Assembly: GCF_001194135.2 (NCBI RefSeq)
Contig: NC_068996.1
Span: 41,324,108-41,366,616 of the forward strand
Length of the DNA: 42,509 nt
Reading direction: 5' to 3'
DNA from: Octopus bimaculoides
Taxonomy: Eukaryota
The notes under the pieces were generated by a model that worked only from the letters and a program-made list of their open reading frames with translations, was not told the origin of the DNA and searched no databases. Positions 1 to 12,198 of the stretch are shown here, piece after piece (the first letter of the stretch is position 1; each line of letters begins with the position of its first letter). Both the position numbers and the translations under genes were made by a program.

Positions 1-441
1 AATAGACCAGATATAGTTGTCAAAGATCATGAAGAAAAAAAATGCTTTGTAATTGATGTATCAATACCAACAGATGACAACGTTTCTCTGAAAGAAATGG
101 AAAAACTTTCAAAATACAAAGACCTGGAAATAGAGGTAACTCGAATGTGGAATCTAAAAACAGAAACAATTCCTATCATAGTAGGTGCCTTAGGTATAAT
201 AAAAAAATATTCAGACAAATACATAACAAAAACACCAGGACTTACAAATATATATAACATACAGAAAATTGCACTACTGGGCACTGCACACATCCTACGC
301 AAAACACTTTCAATACAGTAACCATAAGAACACCGCAGCAAACCTCAGCACATACCCAAGGCACACAGAGCTGCGCTGGGTAGTGAAGAGAAAGCACGTT
401 ATAAAAATAAAACTACTGAACAATAATAATAATAATAATAA
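1..441 (+). mobile_element. R4/Dong-clade non-LTR retrotransposon 3' end (family A): REL endonuclease C-terminus, 3' UTR and (AAT)n tail
   Basis: Frame 1 from base 1 reads NRPDIVVKDHEEKKCFVIDVSIPTDDNVSLKEMEKLSKYKDLEIEVTRMWNLKTETIPIIVGALG...LGTAHILRKTLSIQ* (stop 319-321). This carries the RPD..ID..D..K..KY.DL and IVGALG motifs of REL-type LINEs. About 100 nt of UTR follows, then (AAT)n at 418-441. Confidence 0.9.
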
Positions 442-602
442 TGCAAAAATCAGCATGACTTGGAACTGCACACATATTGCATAAAGTACTGTCTGCCTGA
501 GGTACTTGTTGTGACTTGACAGACAGTACAAACCCCCCGTAGGCACAATATCTTCAAACAACAACCTCATGATACTGGATACTGTGCAACGTCTTAAAGA
601 AT
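441..602 (+). mobile_element. Short 3' end of a second R4/Dong-like family (family D)
   Basis: 441-500 translates MQKSA*LGTAHILHKVLSA*, homologous to the terminal QK.ALLGTAHILRK motif. It is followed by a 3' UTR unrelated to family A and starts directly after the family A (AAT)n tail. Confidence 0.7.
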
Positions 603-639
603 ATTATTATTATTATTATTATTATCATTGTTAGAATCA

Positions 640-1110
640 TGAAAGGCTACAAATGCATTTGGAAAACGTTCCTGTAGTTTGTGGGATGAACATAGTGTCA
701 GTGAAAACTAAAGAAAGTGTAGACATATAAATGAATTTAAAACCTTTCACATGGGCTGTCTGCATAATATCTGCAACAGAAAATGGCAAGATAAGATATC
801 AAGTGTAAACATTTTAGAAAAATGTGATATCTCCAGGGTCAAAAGAATGCTGTGAAGAATTTAGAGCAAGCTGGGTAGACATTTTGTTCGAATAAAATAT
901 GACAGCATTCCGAAAATTCTTTTGTATGGTCAACAAGTATAGGGATACCGCGGTAAAGGATGACCCGTCCTTAGGTATGAGGTTAACTTATAGCTATCAC
1001 TGAAATCTCTAAAGCTTCATTTGACATCTTGGGAAAGTCATTGCATAATAGACCGATCGACATTTGGTGTAAAATGTGTCATGATGCATCTAAATAATTT
1101 AAGTTGAAGA
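640..1110 (+). mobile_element. Decayed RTE-clade LINE ORF C-terminal fragment
   Basis: Translates (with stops) FHMGCLHNICNRKWQDKISSVNILEKC...GRHFVRIKYDSIPKILLYGQ...G.PVLRYE...LKSLKLHLTSWES..DRS. This matches the RTE pattern FH.RCLR.I..I.WQD.V.N..VL...W.GHV.RM...R.PK.LLYG...GRP.LR(Y/F). Confidence 0.7.
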
Positions 1111-1377
1111 AACAGGACAATAAGAGAATTATATCCTGCAAACAAGAGACATATTTGTCCATTCCCAGGTAAAATCAGAATCATCATTGTTCCCATTGAG
1201 ACTTCATAGCAAAATCCATACCTGGACTCAAATTACACTCACGCATCCATCACAAATAGATGAAGCTTCTTTTATTTTTAAAGTTCTTTTTTTCTTTATC
1301 TAGCATTTTTTCTCACTTTGTTTCTTTAATTTCTCTCCTTCAAACACTCACATGTCGAAATCGACTGGAGTGGCCAT

Positions 1378-4300
1378 AATTATTATTTCATTTACGCACA
1401 GCAGATTAGACCGTTTGAAAACAAAAATTCCTAGCATCGGGTTACAACAAGTAACCTCAGACGCCAAGAACCATCTTAAGTATCCTAGCGTCTCCAATAA
1501 TACTGTTCTCTGAAGCTGCACTAAACTAGGTTTTATGCCTATTTCCTCTATCCATCTGTTCAAATCTTTATAAATAGTTCCTAATGCACCTATAACTACA
1601 GGGATACATTTTACCCGCAATTTCCATAGCCTCTGTAACTCAATAGCTAAGTCCTGGTACTTTACTATTTTCTCTAAACCTCTCATATTGACTTTCTCAT
1701 CTTTTTATCTTTTGTGACTGTAAAATCAATTATCTGGTACTTTTTATTTTCTTTGCTTACTATTACTAAATCACGCCTTCTAGCTTCTCTTATTCTATCA
1801 CTCTGTATGTGGAGGCGCAATAGCCCAGTGGTTAGGGCAGCGGACTCGCGGTTATAGGATCGCGGTTTCAATTCTCAGACCGGGCGTTGTGAGTGTTTAT
1901 TGAGCAAAAACACCTAAAAGCTCCACGAGGCTTTGGCAGGGGATGGTGGCGAACCCTGCTGTACTCTTTCAGCACAACTTTCTCTCACTCTTACTTCCTG
2001 TTTCTGTTGTGCCTGTAATTCAAAAGGGCGAGCCTTGTCACACTGTGTCACGCTGAATGTCCCCGAGAACTACGTTAAGGGTACACGTGTCTGTGGAGTG
2101 CTCAGCCACTTGCACGCTAATTTCACGAGCAGGCTGTTCCGTTGATCGGATCAACTGGACACCTCGACGTCGTCAGCGACGGAGTGCCAACAACAACAAT
2201 TCTATTACTCTGTATATCAAAATCCCCACATCATGTATTTCTTACTTTCTAGAATTTTACTAGGTTCATGTTCATACCATTTATCAGTATTGTCAACTCC
2301 TAGCTTTAAACATAACGCCCAATGGATTATTCTCCTTAGGTTGTCATGTCTGTTCTTGTATTCCATCTATGCCAGCATGCTACATTCACTTACTAAATGA
2401 GTAACACATTTTTCCTCCTTTGATTTACATAACCTACAGTGGGAATCTACTTGACTTTTGTCTATCTTGGCTTTTATCCAATTAGGCCTTCAATGTTTGA
2501 TTTATGTTGCTACTAACTTTCTGTCTCCCTCTTCAGCTTTCCTTTCTGCAACCACGACCATGCAAGGCCTTCTCTTGCCAGTCAGCTTATCTTACTTCCA
2601 TTTATCTAGTTTTTAGCTTCATTTGCTGTTTTGATTTCCATATCTTCGACTGTTACTCTAGCAACTTTGAATAAAATTTCCTCGCTATTATCTAATTAGG
2701 AGGCGGTATCTCCTCTAGCTAGATCCACACTATCTTCTACTGCTATTAACCCTCTCTCACCTTCTTTTCAAGGTCAATATAATCTTGATGCCCTTGATCT
2801 TTGACGAAGTCCTGCATTCATGTAGAATTCCTTCCTAATTCTGACTACATTGGCTAATTCAGAGTTTGTCCAATCAAAGCTGCTGAACATCTAAGTAAAA
2901 ATACTGCCCAAGTATTCATAGATTTCACAAGAATCAGGCCATTTAGCTTCAACTTCCTCGCCCTTCTCATGTACACCTCATTTTTTCTTTCACTTCTATA
3001 GTTAGTACTCTGTCTAATACTCCTACATACTTATAACTTTCTTCTTCTTTCAGTAATTTTAATCTCTGGACACCTGGTAGTTGAATGCTTTCACTGATGA
3101 CTACTTGTTCCTTTTTTATGTCTAATACTGCGCACTTGTCTACGTCAAATTCCATACCTACATCTTTGCTGAAGAGTCATACAGTTTGTAGTAAAGAATC
3201 TATCTCTTTTTTATTATTATTAAAAAGCTTCAAATCATCCATGTAGAAAAAAATGATTAATATTTCCTTTACTGTTACTAAACTGATCTCTTGCCTTTGC
3301 CTTTCATAAGACTAAACTGAGTGGGGATTAAGCATTCACACAAATATTAAAGGAGATAACGAGTTACCTTGAAAAATTTCACTCTTGATGTTAACTTTCC
3401 CCAAGGCTGTATCACCTGAGTAGAGATCTATTTTCCATTTCTTTATCCTAATGGAGAGCTAATTAGCTCTCTTGTTTGCAATGCTGAATATTCTGAAAGA
3501 TTCACTTATCCATGAGAGTCGAATTATGTCATAGGTTTTCTTATAATCTTTCTATGCTATTGCTAGATTATTTTTTTTCTTTCTAGATTTAACTTAACTA
3601 CTTTACCTATATTTAATAGATTGTACGTTCCTCTAGCCTTCTTCCTGCAATCTTACTGCTCTTCTGCCCGCAAATTCAGTCTTTTAAGGTGATCATAAAT
3701 CTCTTTCGAGAGCATTCCTGTTAGAAGCTTCCGCACTATTGGTAAGCAAGTGATTAGTCTATAATTACTAGCTATTTTATCCTCGCTTTTGTTTTCCATA
3801 AGGAGTACTGTTCTCCCCCTAGTCAGCTAATTAGGTTATTACTCCTCCATTCAGGCATTACTGAAATTGTTCCCTCAGTTTCTATATAAGCTGCTACATT
3901 TCCTTAACGAGTACCCTCGAACTAAATCTGGTCCTGCACCTTTTTATTTCGACATTCTTCCTGACACTTTACTCATTAATATACTAGTTAGTTTTATATC
4001 TACCTGCTTTTCATTTACTTCTTCGCTTACTTTCTTTAACCGTACTGCATCTCCATTATTCTCAACTGCTTATCACAAATGTTACTCCAGTACTTTCTAT
4101 CTTCTTCTGCTTTAGGTTTTTCATCTTACTTAGTTGCTTCTACACTATTTATTTGGCGCTGAAATCTCTGGTCTGTCGCAAACCATCTGTTCTGTTGATA
4201 CTAATATATCCATTACTGATATTTGGAAAGCTTACCTCCTATTGCTATGATACGCTGTTTCAGCTCTTCTATGACTATCCCAAACCAATTCTCTTTAAGT

Positions 4301-5136
4301 ATTTTTCTCAAGAGAAGATTAAAATTTTGTTTCTCCTAACTTGTCCTGTTTCCAGACTTCTATTCTAATCAGATCTTGTTTTAAAGTCTTCATCTAAATT
4401 TCTGATCTCCCGTACCACATCTGTCCTTGAGCCTTGAGGAATACCTAGTCTTCTAGCAACTGCTACCCCTCCTGAATGAATCAATAAGATAGTGTCACTT
4501 ATATTTTTAGTATCTATCCTACTGGAAACAGAATTTAATTTTCCAGCAATATTTAGCAACTTCCTTCTATTAACATATTTTTAATGCTGGTAATCTTTTC
4601 TTCTTCTTTACTCATTACTTACTTCACCTCATCTAAAGTCTTCTAACCCTCCTCATTTTACTTCCTCGTTTTGGTAGTGCTATTATTTATTTTTCTTTTA
4701 GGCTTTTCTTTGGCTTGAACTATATCGCTTACGTTAGGCTGTTCTATTTCTTGGTCTTTCTTTTTTAGTTCTCGTGTGATCTCTTCTACCTCCATTTGTT
4801 ATCTATTTTTTGCCTAATAGCATTAGTCTCTGCTGTAACAGCATTAGTCTCTGCTTTCATTATCCAAAGTGTTAATATACGATTTTTGTAACCCGTTACT
4901 TTGGGTTCAAATTCCAAGTAACACTGCATCACTACACTGTTCACTTCGCTTGTCCATTTCTTTCTCCTCACTGATGCTGTCTTAGAATAACAACTGAGAT
5001 TAGCCTGCATCTATACTGAACCACTGCCGAGTGAGTGGCCTTCCTTTAAAGGTCCAGCCCCGTCTACACTGTTATCACTAGAATTTCTGTGTAAACTCAT
5101 GTCTCATAAACTGTTTGTTTCTATCTTGACAGCTTC
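1378..5136 (-). mobile_element. Near-full-length decayed R4/Dong-like non-LTR retrotransposon (family B), interrupted by a SINE at 1811-2199
   Basis: Minus-strand remnants in the expected order: N-terminal RRKKWTSEVNSVVMQCYL..PKV.GY (about 4850-4970); RT motifs DYKKTYD (about 3540), IFQGNSLSPLI (about 3350-3385), HFFYMDDLKL (about 3225-3260) and MEFDVDKCAV (3155); knuckle-region SECSMLA..EYKNRHDN..IIHW (about 2300-2400); REL motifs RR.DLVIV..IIDF (1700-1800) and KYQDLAIE..IPVVIGALG (1580-1670). Short AAT tail near 1378-1387. Many stops and frameshifts. Confidence 0.9.
1811..2199 (+). mobile_element. tRNA-derived SINE with (AAC)n tail and 17-bp target-site duplication (possibly Ceph-SINE-like)
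   Basis: A-box-like tagcccagtggttagg and B-box-like ggtttcaattc in the first 65 nt, ending gtgccaacaacaac. Flanked by attctatcactctgtat (1792-1808) and attctattactctgtat (2199-2215), 1 mismatch. The family name is from memory and needs a Dfam/Repbase check. Confidence 0.85.
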
Positions 5137-5162
5137 ATCATACATCATCATCATCATCATCA

Positions 5163-5257
<95 letters not shown>

Positions 5258-5992
5258 TAGTTTTATTTTTATAGTGTGCCTTGGGTATGTGCTGTAGTTT
5301 GCTGTGGTGCTCTTATAGTTACTATATTGAAAGTGTTTTGCGTAGGATGTGTGCAGTGCCCAGTAGTACAATTTTCTGTATGTTATATATATATTTGTAA
5401 GTCCTGGTGTTTTTGTTATGTATTTGTCTCAATATTTTTTTATTATACCTAAGGCACCTACTATGATAGGAATTGTTTCTGTTTTTAGATTCCACATTCG
5501 AGTTACCTCTATTTCCAGGTCTTTGTATTTTGAAAGTTTCTCCATTTCTTTTAGAGAAACGTTGTCATCTGCTGGTATTGATACGTCAATTAGAAAGCAT
5601 TTTTTTCTTCATGATCTTTGACAACTATATCTGGTCTATTTACCTTAATTTCTCTATCNNNNNNNNNNNNNNNNNNNNNNNNNNNNNNNNNNNNNNNNNN
5701 NNNNNNNNNNNNNNNNNNNNNNNNNNNNNNNNNNNNNNNNNNNNNNNNNNNNNNNNNNNNNNNNNNNNNNNNNNNNNNNNNNNNNNNNNNNNNNNNNNNG
5801 TTGGCATAGCTTCCAGTGTATATAGGTCCCAGCTCTGTCGTGTCTGTGAATATATTCCTTCTTAGCAAGAACTGGGCAGCTAGAGATAATATGATTTATT
5901 GTTTCTTGTCCATCTCCACATATTCTGCAGTTACTTGTTATGTTTCTTTTCACTATATGTTTTTGGTAATTTCTGGTGGGGAGGCTTTGGTC
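5137..5992 (-). mobile_element. 5'-truncated family A R4/Dong-like element with CCHC knuckle, REL domain and (AAT)n/(GAT)n tail
   Basis: Minus strand reads QDQSLPTRNYQKHIVKRNITSNCRICGDGQETINHIISSCPVLAKKEYIHRHDRAGTYIHWKLCQ-[gap]-DREIKVNRPDIVVKDHEEK... and continues as the reverse complement of 1-420 with few changes (about 33-nt UTR deletion). Microsatellite on both sides (5137-5253 and 5993-6080). Confidence 0.92.
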
Positions 5993-6008
5993 TTATTATT
6001 ATTATTAC

Positions 6009-6080
<72 letters not shown>

Positions 6081-6275
6081 ATGAAAACTCACGGCTTATT
6101 TTTCTGGGTATCATGGCAAGTGTCAGCTGTCCACAGCCAGCAGATTAATGTGACACTTGTTTACCGTCATGCTTTAAGAATCCTGCACACTTGCACCGAT
6201 CTTTCTCAGCCATGTTGGTAGTTGAGAGCTAATACTTCCAAGTGCACCAATTACTATTGGTATCTCGTCTACTTA

Positions 6276-6276
<1 letters not shown>
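5993..6276 (-). mobile_element. Short 3' end of a third R4/Dong-like family (family C) with (TAA)n tail
   Basis: Minus strand from about 6275 reads VDEIPIVIGALGSISSQLPTWLRKIGASVQ, then a distinct UTR ending ...gccgtgagttttcatg running into (TAA)n at 5993-6080. Confidence 0.7.
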
Positions 6277-6717
<441 letters not shown>

Positions 6718-6720
<3 letters not shown>

Positions 6721-6825
6721 TCCTTCAGTTTTTCCATGCCCTGTAAACGAACTCGCAAGGTAAGGCTTCCAACGTGGCCTTTCGTGACACCCTTAAAGCC
6801 AGAAACTTTTCAAGACCCCCTCGTG
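6718..6825. mobile_element. Partial (right half) mariner-type MITE
   Basis: cggtccttcagtttttccatgccctgtaaacgaactcgcaagg...gaaacttttcaagaccccctcg is a diverged direct copy of 7009-7116. Confidence 0.75.
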
Positions 6826-6897
6826 TGTATGTATGTATGTATGTATGTGTGTGTATATGTGCTTGTGTGCGTACGTGCACGCGTATGTGTACGTACA

Positions 6898-7116
6898 TAT
6901 GAGGGTTGCTGAAAAGTTCCTGGGTAAAAGAAAATGCAGGAAGCTCAGTTAATTATGATTTTATTCAATATACTCACCCCACACCTTAGATTCACACACT
7001 TATTGCAGCGGTCCTTCAGTTTTTCTAAGCCCTGTAAACGAACTCGCAAGGTAGGGCCTCCAACGTGGCTTTTCGTAATATCCTTAAAGCTAGGAACTTT
7101 TCAGCACCCCTTCATA
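6898..7116. mobile_element. Mariner-type MITE, about 220 bp, with TIRs and TA target duplication
   Basis: Left end tatgagggttgctgaaaagttcct. Right end aggaacttttcagcaccccttcata, whose reverse complement is tatgaaggggtgctgaaaagttcct. TA at both termini. The TIR resembles irritans/Hsmar2-type (ta)cgaggggtcttcaaaaagtt. Confidence 0.85.
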
Positions 7117-7858
7117 AGTAAATTACTAATCAAATGTAAAACTTAGTTAATTTCTCATGAAACAACGCAATTCAACACAGTGCCATCGCATATGAACATA
7201 TGATTATTTATTAACTCACCATTTTTGAAACTACATTATAACGTTTGCGTGAAAGTTTATAACGATAGCGTGTAAGGTACCAGAATTGTTTTAGTGAGTA
7301 CTGGACAAAAATAGTATCATCAGAAAACGTTGCCAATATACAAAACCCAGCAACACTTTTACTTGGCCTGTTTTTTCTTTGCTGTGCACCTCAACGAAGT
7401 CGATAAAACTGTCACACGTCCACCATTTCTCAGTCAGAAACGAACAGGAAACGGTCTGGAGAAAAAACAATAAGTTGACCTGAAATAAAAGGGTAGTGTT
7501 GTGTGTTTGGTGAGTACTGTATGTGGTGTGTGTGTGTGTGTGTGTGTGCGTTCGTGTTCGCGTGTGTGGATCTGTGTGTACATGTGTGTGTGCGTGTGTG
7601 TGTGTGCGTGATTCGAGTGTAATCGTATGGAACTATTAATACAGTTATATTGTGTGCGTGACGGAGAGAGAAGATATATATAAGCAATGCACAACCTATT
7701 AACAGTTGTATACGTAAAGAGGCACACACACACACAGAGACATGCACACACGCACAAACAGACACACGCATATATGCAAACATAGGCGTGTGTGCACCCC
7801 CCGCCAAGTATATACATATATATATATATATGTATGCATATATGAATGCATATATGTG

Positions 7859-7892
<34 letters not shown>

Positions 7893-8352
7893 GGAACATA
7901 TGCATGTGAAGGTATAGTATGTTTATACCAGGTGATGATCAACTCTGCCTATGTTTTATGAAACTTTGCTGCGAACAGGTGTTGCTGTCAGTCTGCTAGG
8001 ATACTCGTTTTTTCTGATTATTTTATATATTTATTCACTGTTCCATTTGTTATTGTTCCTTATGTTATTTTGTTTTGTTATTATTTATGGTTCTAAGGTG
8101 CAGTGAATGACTCATTCGGTAAATCGTGCGACAAAGCATTTTGTCATATATAGGTAGGTACTTAATTTTTTTCGTGCAGTATTTCAAATTCTGTTACAAT
8201 CAATTTTACCCTTTCATACTCCTATGGTCGCGTCGATAGAATAAAGTGTTGAAGTTACGCGTTCAGTGTGAAAAAAGAGTAATAAATACCGAAAAGGGAT
8301 TTTACCTGGTGCTTTAACAATTTTGTAAATTCACTCCCCGATCAACAGAGAA

Positions 8353-8557
8353 AATATTAGTGTCCAACTTTGACACAAGGCCAGTAGTTTCGTGGGAGGG
8401 AGTAAGTTGATTACAACTGGTACTTATTTAATCGACCTCGAAAAGATAAAAGTCAAAGTCGGCTCCAGCGGCATTCGAACAGAGAACATAAAGACAGATG
8501 AAATACCGTTAAGGATTTTGTCCGGCACTCTAAAGATTCTGCCAGCTCGCCGTCTTA
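8353..8557 (-). mobile_element. tRNA-derived SINE group A (ggcgagctggcagaa head)
   Basis: Reverse complement begins aagacggcgagctggcagaatc and contains gactttgacttttatc..cgaggtcgattaaataagtaccagttg, as in the copies at 8667 and 19518. Confidence 0.85.
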
Positions 8558-8666
8558 AGCAGATTAAATACTTATGGTACGTTCTTCTCCATCACTCTCT
8601 CTAGCGTTTGTATATTTTGACATAAATTAAACTTAAGATACCATTAGTATTTTCTTTGTTTAATAT

Positions 8667-8878
8667 GGCGAGCTGGTAGAATTGTTTGAGTGCTGGGCGA
8701 GATCTTAGCGACATTTCTTAGGCTTTTACGTCCAGTGGTCGAATACTGCCGGGGCTGACTTTGCCTTTCATCCATTCAGGTTCGATAAAATAAGTACCAG
8801 TTGAGTACTGGTGTCGATGTAATCGACTTTCTCCCTCCCCTGAAACCGCTGGTCTTGTTTCAAAATTTTAAACCAATA
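8667..8878 (+). mobile_element. tRNA-derived SINE group A
   Basis: ggcgagctggtagaa...gactttgcctttcatcc..ttcgataaaataagtaccagttgagtactggtgtcgatgtaatcgac core. Confidence 0.85.
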
Positions 8879-8893
8879 CTTACTCGGTTGGTC

Positions 8894-9108
8894 GGGGAAT
8901 GAGTTTGCAAAATTATTAAAGCACCAGGTAAATTCGCTTTCGGTATTTCTTCTTTCAGTGCTGAATTCAAATACCACTGAAGTCAACATTTTTTTTTCCA
9001 GCTTATCGGAATTGATGAAATAAAGCACCAGCCAAATATTATGGTCAATATACTCTACTAATCTCTCACCTCAAAGTTACCGGTCTTATGCTTAAATCAG
9101 AAACATTT
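8894..9108 (+). mobile_element. Old, diverged SINE group A copy
   Basis: Colinear degenerate head (gagtttgcaaaattattaaagcaccagg..cggtatttc..ctgaattcaaatacc..gtcaac) and core (gatgaaataaagcaccag). Confidence 0.6.
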
Positions 9109-9739
9109 ACCGTATTTCTTATGTAGCTGGGGGATCATTTAACCCTAGATCACACTTGATCGAGCACACTTATGATCAAAGACGTTCCAGTAGTGACCAA
9201 CTTGTCTGCCTGTTTTCCCTCACAGTATTTATTATAGCTCTACATCATCCATTGTATTTCATTTCATTTAGAGAACTTAGTTATTATTTCTATCAGGTCG
9301 ATTGACCTGATAGAAGTTACAAGTCGTTAACTTAAAAACGGTGCTAGTAGATCAGATACATGATCAGAGGCAATGTAACCATAACCATCTTTTTTTTTCT
9401 GAATGTTTTCTAGCTCTTAATTATCCAACGTGTCGTTATCGTTTTCTAAACTCAATATGATGTGATATGCTGGATGGAATGCAGTCAAGGATATCCATTA
9501 GAAAGCCACCAATAATGGTGGCAGTGAGTTAGTTATGACGGTATCCCCAAAGAGGATATTTAGCACAAATGCTTGCAGGAGAATGGAATTTGTTAAAGGT
9601 ATCCGAGATATCAGGAAATGGAGTTAACCCAAACAACGGATTATTTACACTCTTAAATGAACAATTCTCAAAAAAAAGGGTGGGGGTGGGAGTTCTAATT
9701 ATGTTGAAATCTAAGTGCACTGCATTTTTTATAGCAGAA

Positions 9740-9800
9740 AGGTGGCGAGTTGGCAGAATTGTTAGCATGCCGGGCGAAATGCTTAGCGGTATTTCGTCTG
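9740..9800 (+). mobile_element. SINE group A head fragment
   Basis: aggtggcgagttggcagaattgttagcatgccgggcgaaatgcttagcggtatttcgtctg matches 19518-19580, then the similarity stops abruptly. Confidence 0.8.
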
Positions 9801-9949
9801 AAATTTTGGTTTCTGCTGTTGGACCTGCATAAGTGCAGTTCAAAGATGAATCGACAAGTGTTAGCAACTGGAGCAGAAAAATCGACTGGGGTTCTCGAAT
9901 GAGTGAGAATCGAGGCAAAATAACTATTGCCCATTAGAATAAATACTGG

Positions 9950-10600
9950 CCTTCCACCTGTCTCGAGCTTCTAAGAGAAGATTGAAACAGGTGGAAGGGA
10001 AACAATTGCTGGATTAGAATATCAAATACGAGCGTTTCAGTGAATAGTCTGCTAGAGAGATTGGCTGATAGATGAAAATTTTAAAAAAGGAATGAATAAA
10101 GCCAAAAATGATAGAACTGCATCGATCGACTGAATTTTGTGATGCGAATTATTGAAAACTGACTAGGTTTTAGCTTGTTGTACGAAGAATTAGACTATTT
10201 GATGTAACACGGAGTAAAAATTTCAGCTACTAAGGCAACAAAACAGAGAAATTATCAGAAAAAGATAGATGTCTTGGTTTGAGTGATGGTGTAGAAACAA
10301 AATCAAGGTTACAGCGGTGTCTGTGTGTTTGTTAATGTTAAAACTAGATTAGTAACATTCTTGATAAAAACTACAATATCCAAGAATTGGTGTTTAAAAT
10401 GTTGGAAGGTAAAAGCAGCTGAAAAGATTGGAGAAGGATATCAAAGTTGTCCGCTGTCTATTGGGGAGTTGACGGTGTAATGATCGAATAATTCAATGAC
10501 TGGACCGATGAACGCGGAATGATATGCTTCAAGATGACCAAAACCCCCAAAATGGCATTGCTGGAGGTCCAGTCTATCTCCTGTGTTCTACAAGTGAATC
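9950..10600 (-). mobile_element. Possible heavily decayed CR1/L2-type LINE (APE endonuclease C-terminal region)
   Basis: Minus strand near 10330-10250 reads HRHRCNLDFVSTPSLKPRHLSFSDNFSVL, resembling the TH..G..LD.V.T....SDH..V motif, followed by KIQSIDA. Only these short motifs support the call. Confidence 0.3.
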
Positions 10601-11012
10601 TCAACTGAGAAAAGGTTGCAGTTGAGAAGAACTTTTAAGTCTTAGTGTGGTGTGTAGGTCACTAAAGAGTTTGAGGGTTAGAGACCTGTCATCATAACGA
10701 ATTGAAGATATTTTATACCTGTGCTCAAAGGTGTGTATAGTGGAAAAGAAAATAATTTGAAGAGCTGAAGAGTGTTGTTTATCTCATGTATACATAATAG
10801 GTGAACACTACCAAAAGCAACCTGAGATTTCGTACTGGTTTGTTGAACGTGTAGGCTTTTTGCAAGCGAAGATAAGAGAATGTTAGGTCTACGGATTTTA
10901 AGGATAAAGTTAAATCAAATCTATGCTGTGCAAACCATTAATTTACTAACCATGAGAGGATTCAGAAAATGTGTGTCTAGGTGAGAAACCCTTTGTATTG
11001 TCGTAAAAATAT

Positions 11013-11013
11013 T

Positions 11014-11075
<62 letters not shown>

Positions 11076-11255
11076 TATCGTTATCAACAGCATTTCATCT
11101 ACAAACCATTTCATGTATTAACACAATAGCATATTCTTATCCACCGTCATGCTTAAGGATGTAATTGAAGCAATAAAAAAAGAAAGAAACGGTAGTAGCT
11201 ATGGTGGTGGTGGTGGTTGTGGTGGTGGTGGTGGTTGTTGTTGTGGTGGTGGTGT
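11013..11255. repeat. (ATC)n and (GGT/GTT)n microsatellites
   Basis: (ATC)n at about 11013-11075; (GGT)n/(GTT)n at about 11200-11255. Confidence 0.95.
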
Positions 11256-12028
11256 GTGCATGCATGTGTGTGTATTCGCATGTATTCCATGTGTGTGAGT
11301 GAGTGTGACTATAAAGCAAGATTTAAAAAAAAGGACATTAAGCGTCTAATTAAGCACAATTAATTGAAGAAATCTGATGCTTTAAAATGCGTTAAACAAA
11401 TGTTATTTCTTGAGGAAAGGAAAGTGTTGCCTATGTAATAAACATAAATGTTCTTTAATATGGTATTTTCGTTTCATAATAACTATCGTCATTATCGGCT
11501 CGTCGTTGTCACCATCAAAAGTGCCATCGTCATTTTCATCACTGTCATCCATACCCTAACCTCATCCTTCTCTCAGTCTTCCCTATCTGCTATCAGATTT
11601 TTTATACAACTACTACTACTACTACTGATGATGATGATGATGATGGTGATAATAATAATAATGATAATAATAATCCTTTCTAAGAGCACAAGGCCTGAAN
11701 NNNNNNNNNNNNNNNNNNNNNNNNNNNNNNNNNNNNNNNNNNNNNNNNNNNNNNNNNNNNNNNNNNNNNNNNNNNNNNNNNNNNNNNNNNNNNNNNNNNN
11801 NNNNNNNNNNNNNNNNNNNNNNNNNNNNNNNNNNNNNNNNNNNNNNNNNNNNNNNNNNNNNNNNNNNNNNNNNNNNNNNNNNNNNNNNNNNNNNNNNNNN
11901 NNNNNNNNNNNNNNNNNNNNNNNNNNNNNNNNNNNNNNNNNNNNNNNNNNNNNNNNNNNNNNNNNNNNNNNNNNNNNNNNNNNNNNNNNNNNNNNNNNNN
12001 NNNNNNNNNNNNNNNNNNNNNNNNNNNN

Positions 12029-12198
<170 letters not shown>

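Noticed and set aside
1811-1875. tRNA gene
   Set aside because: A/B boxes continue into a SINE body with a tail and TSD; no complete cloverleaf.
9130-9400. Two similar atgatca(a/g)ag(a/g)c motifs
   Set aside because: Probably fragments of a common repeat; boundaries could not be defined.
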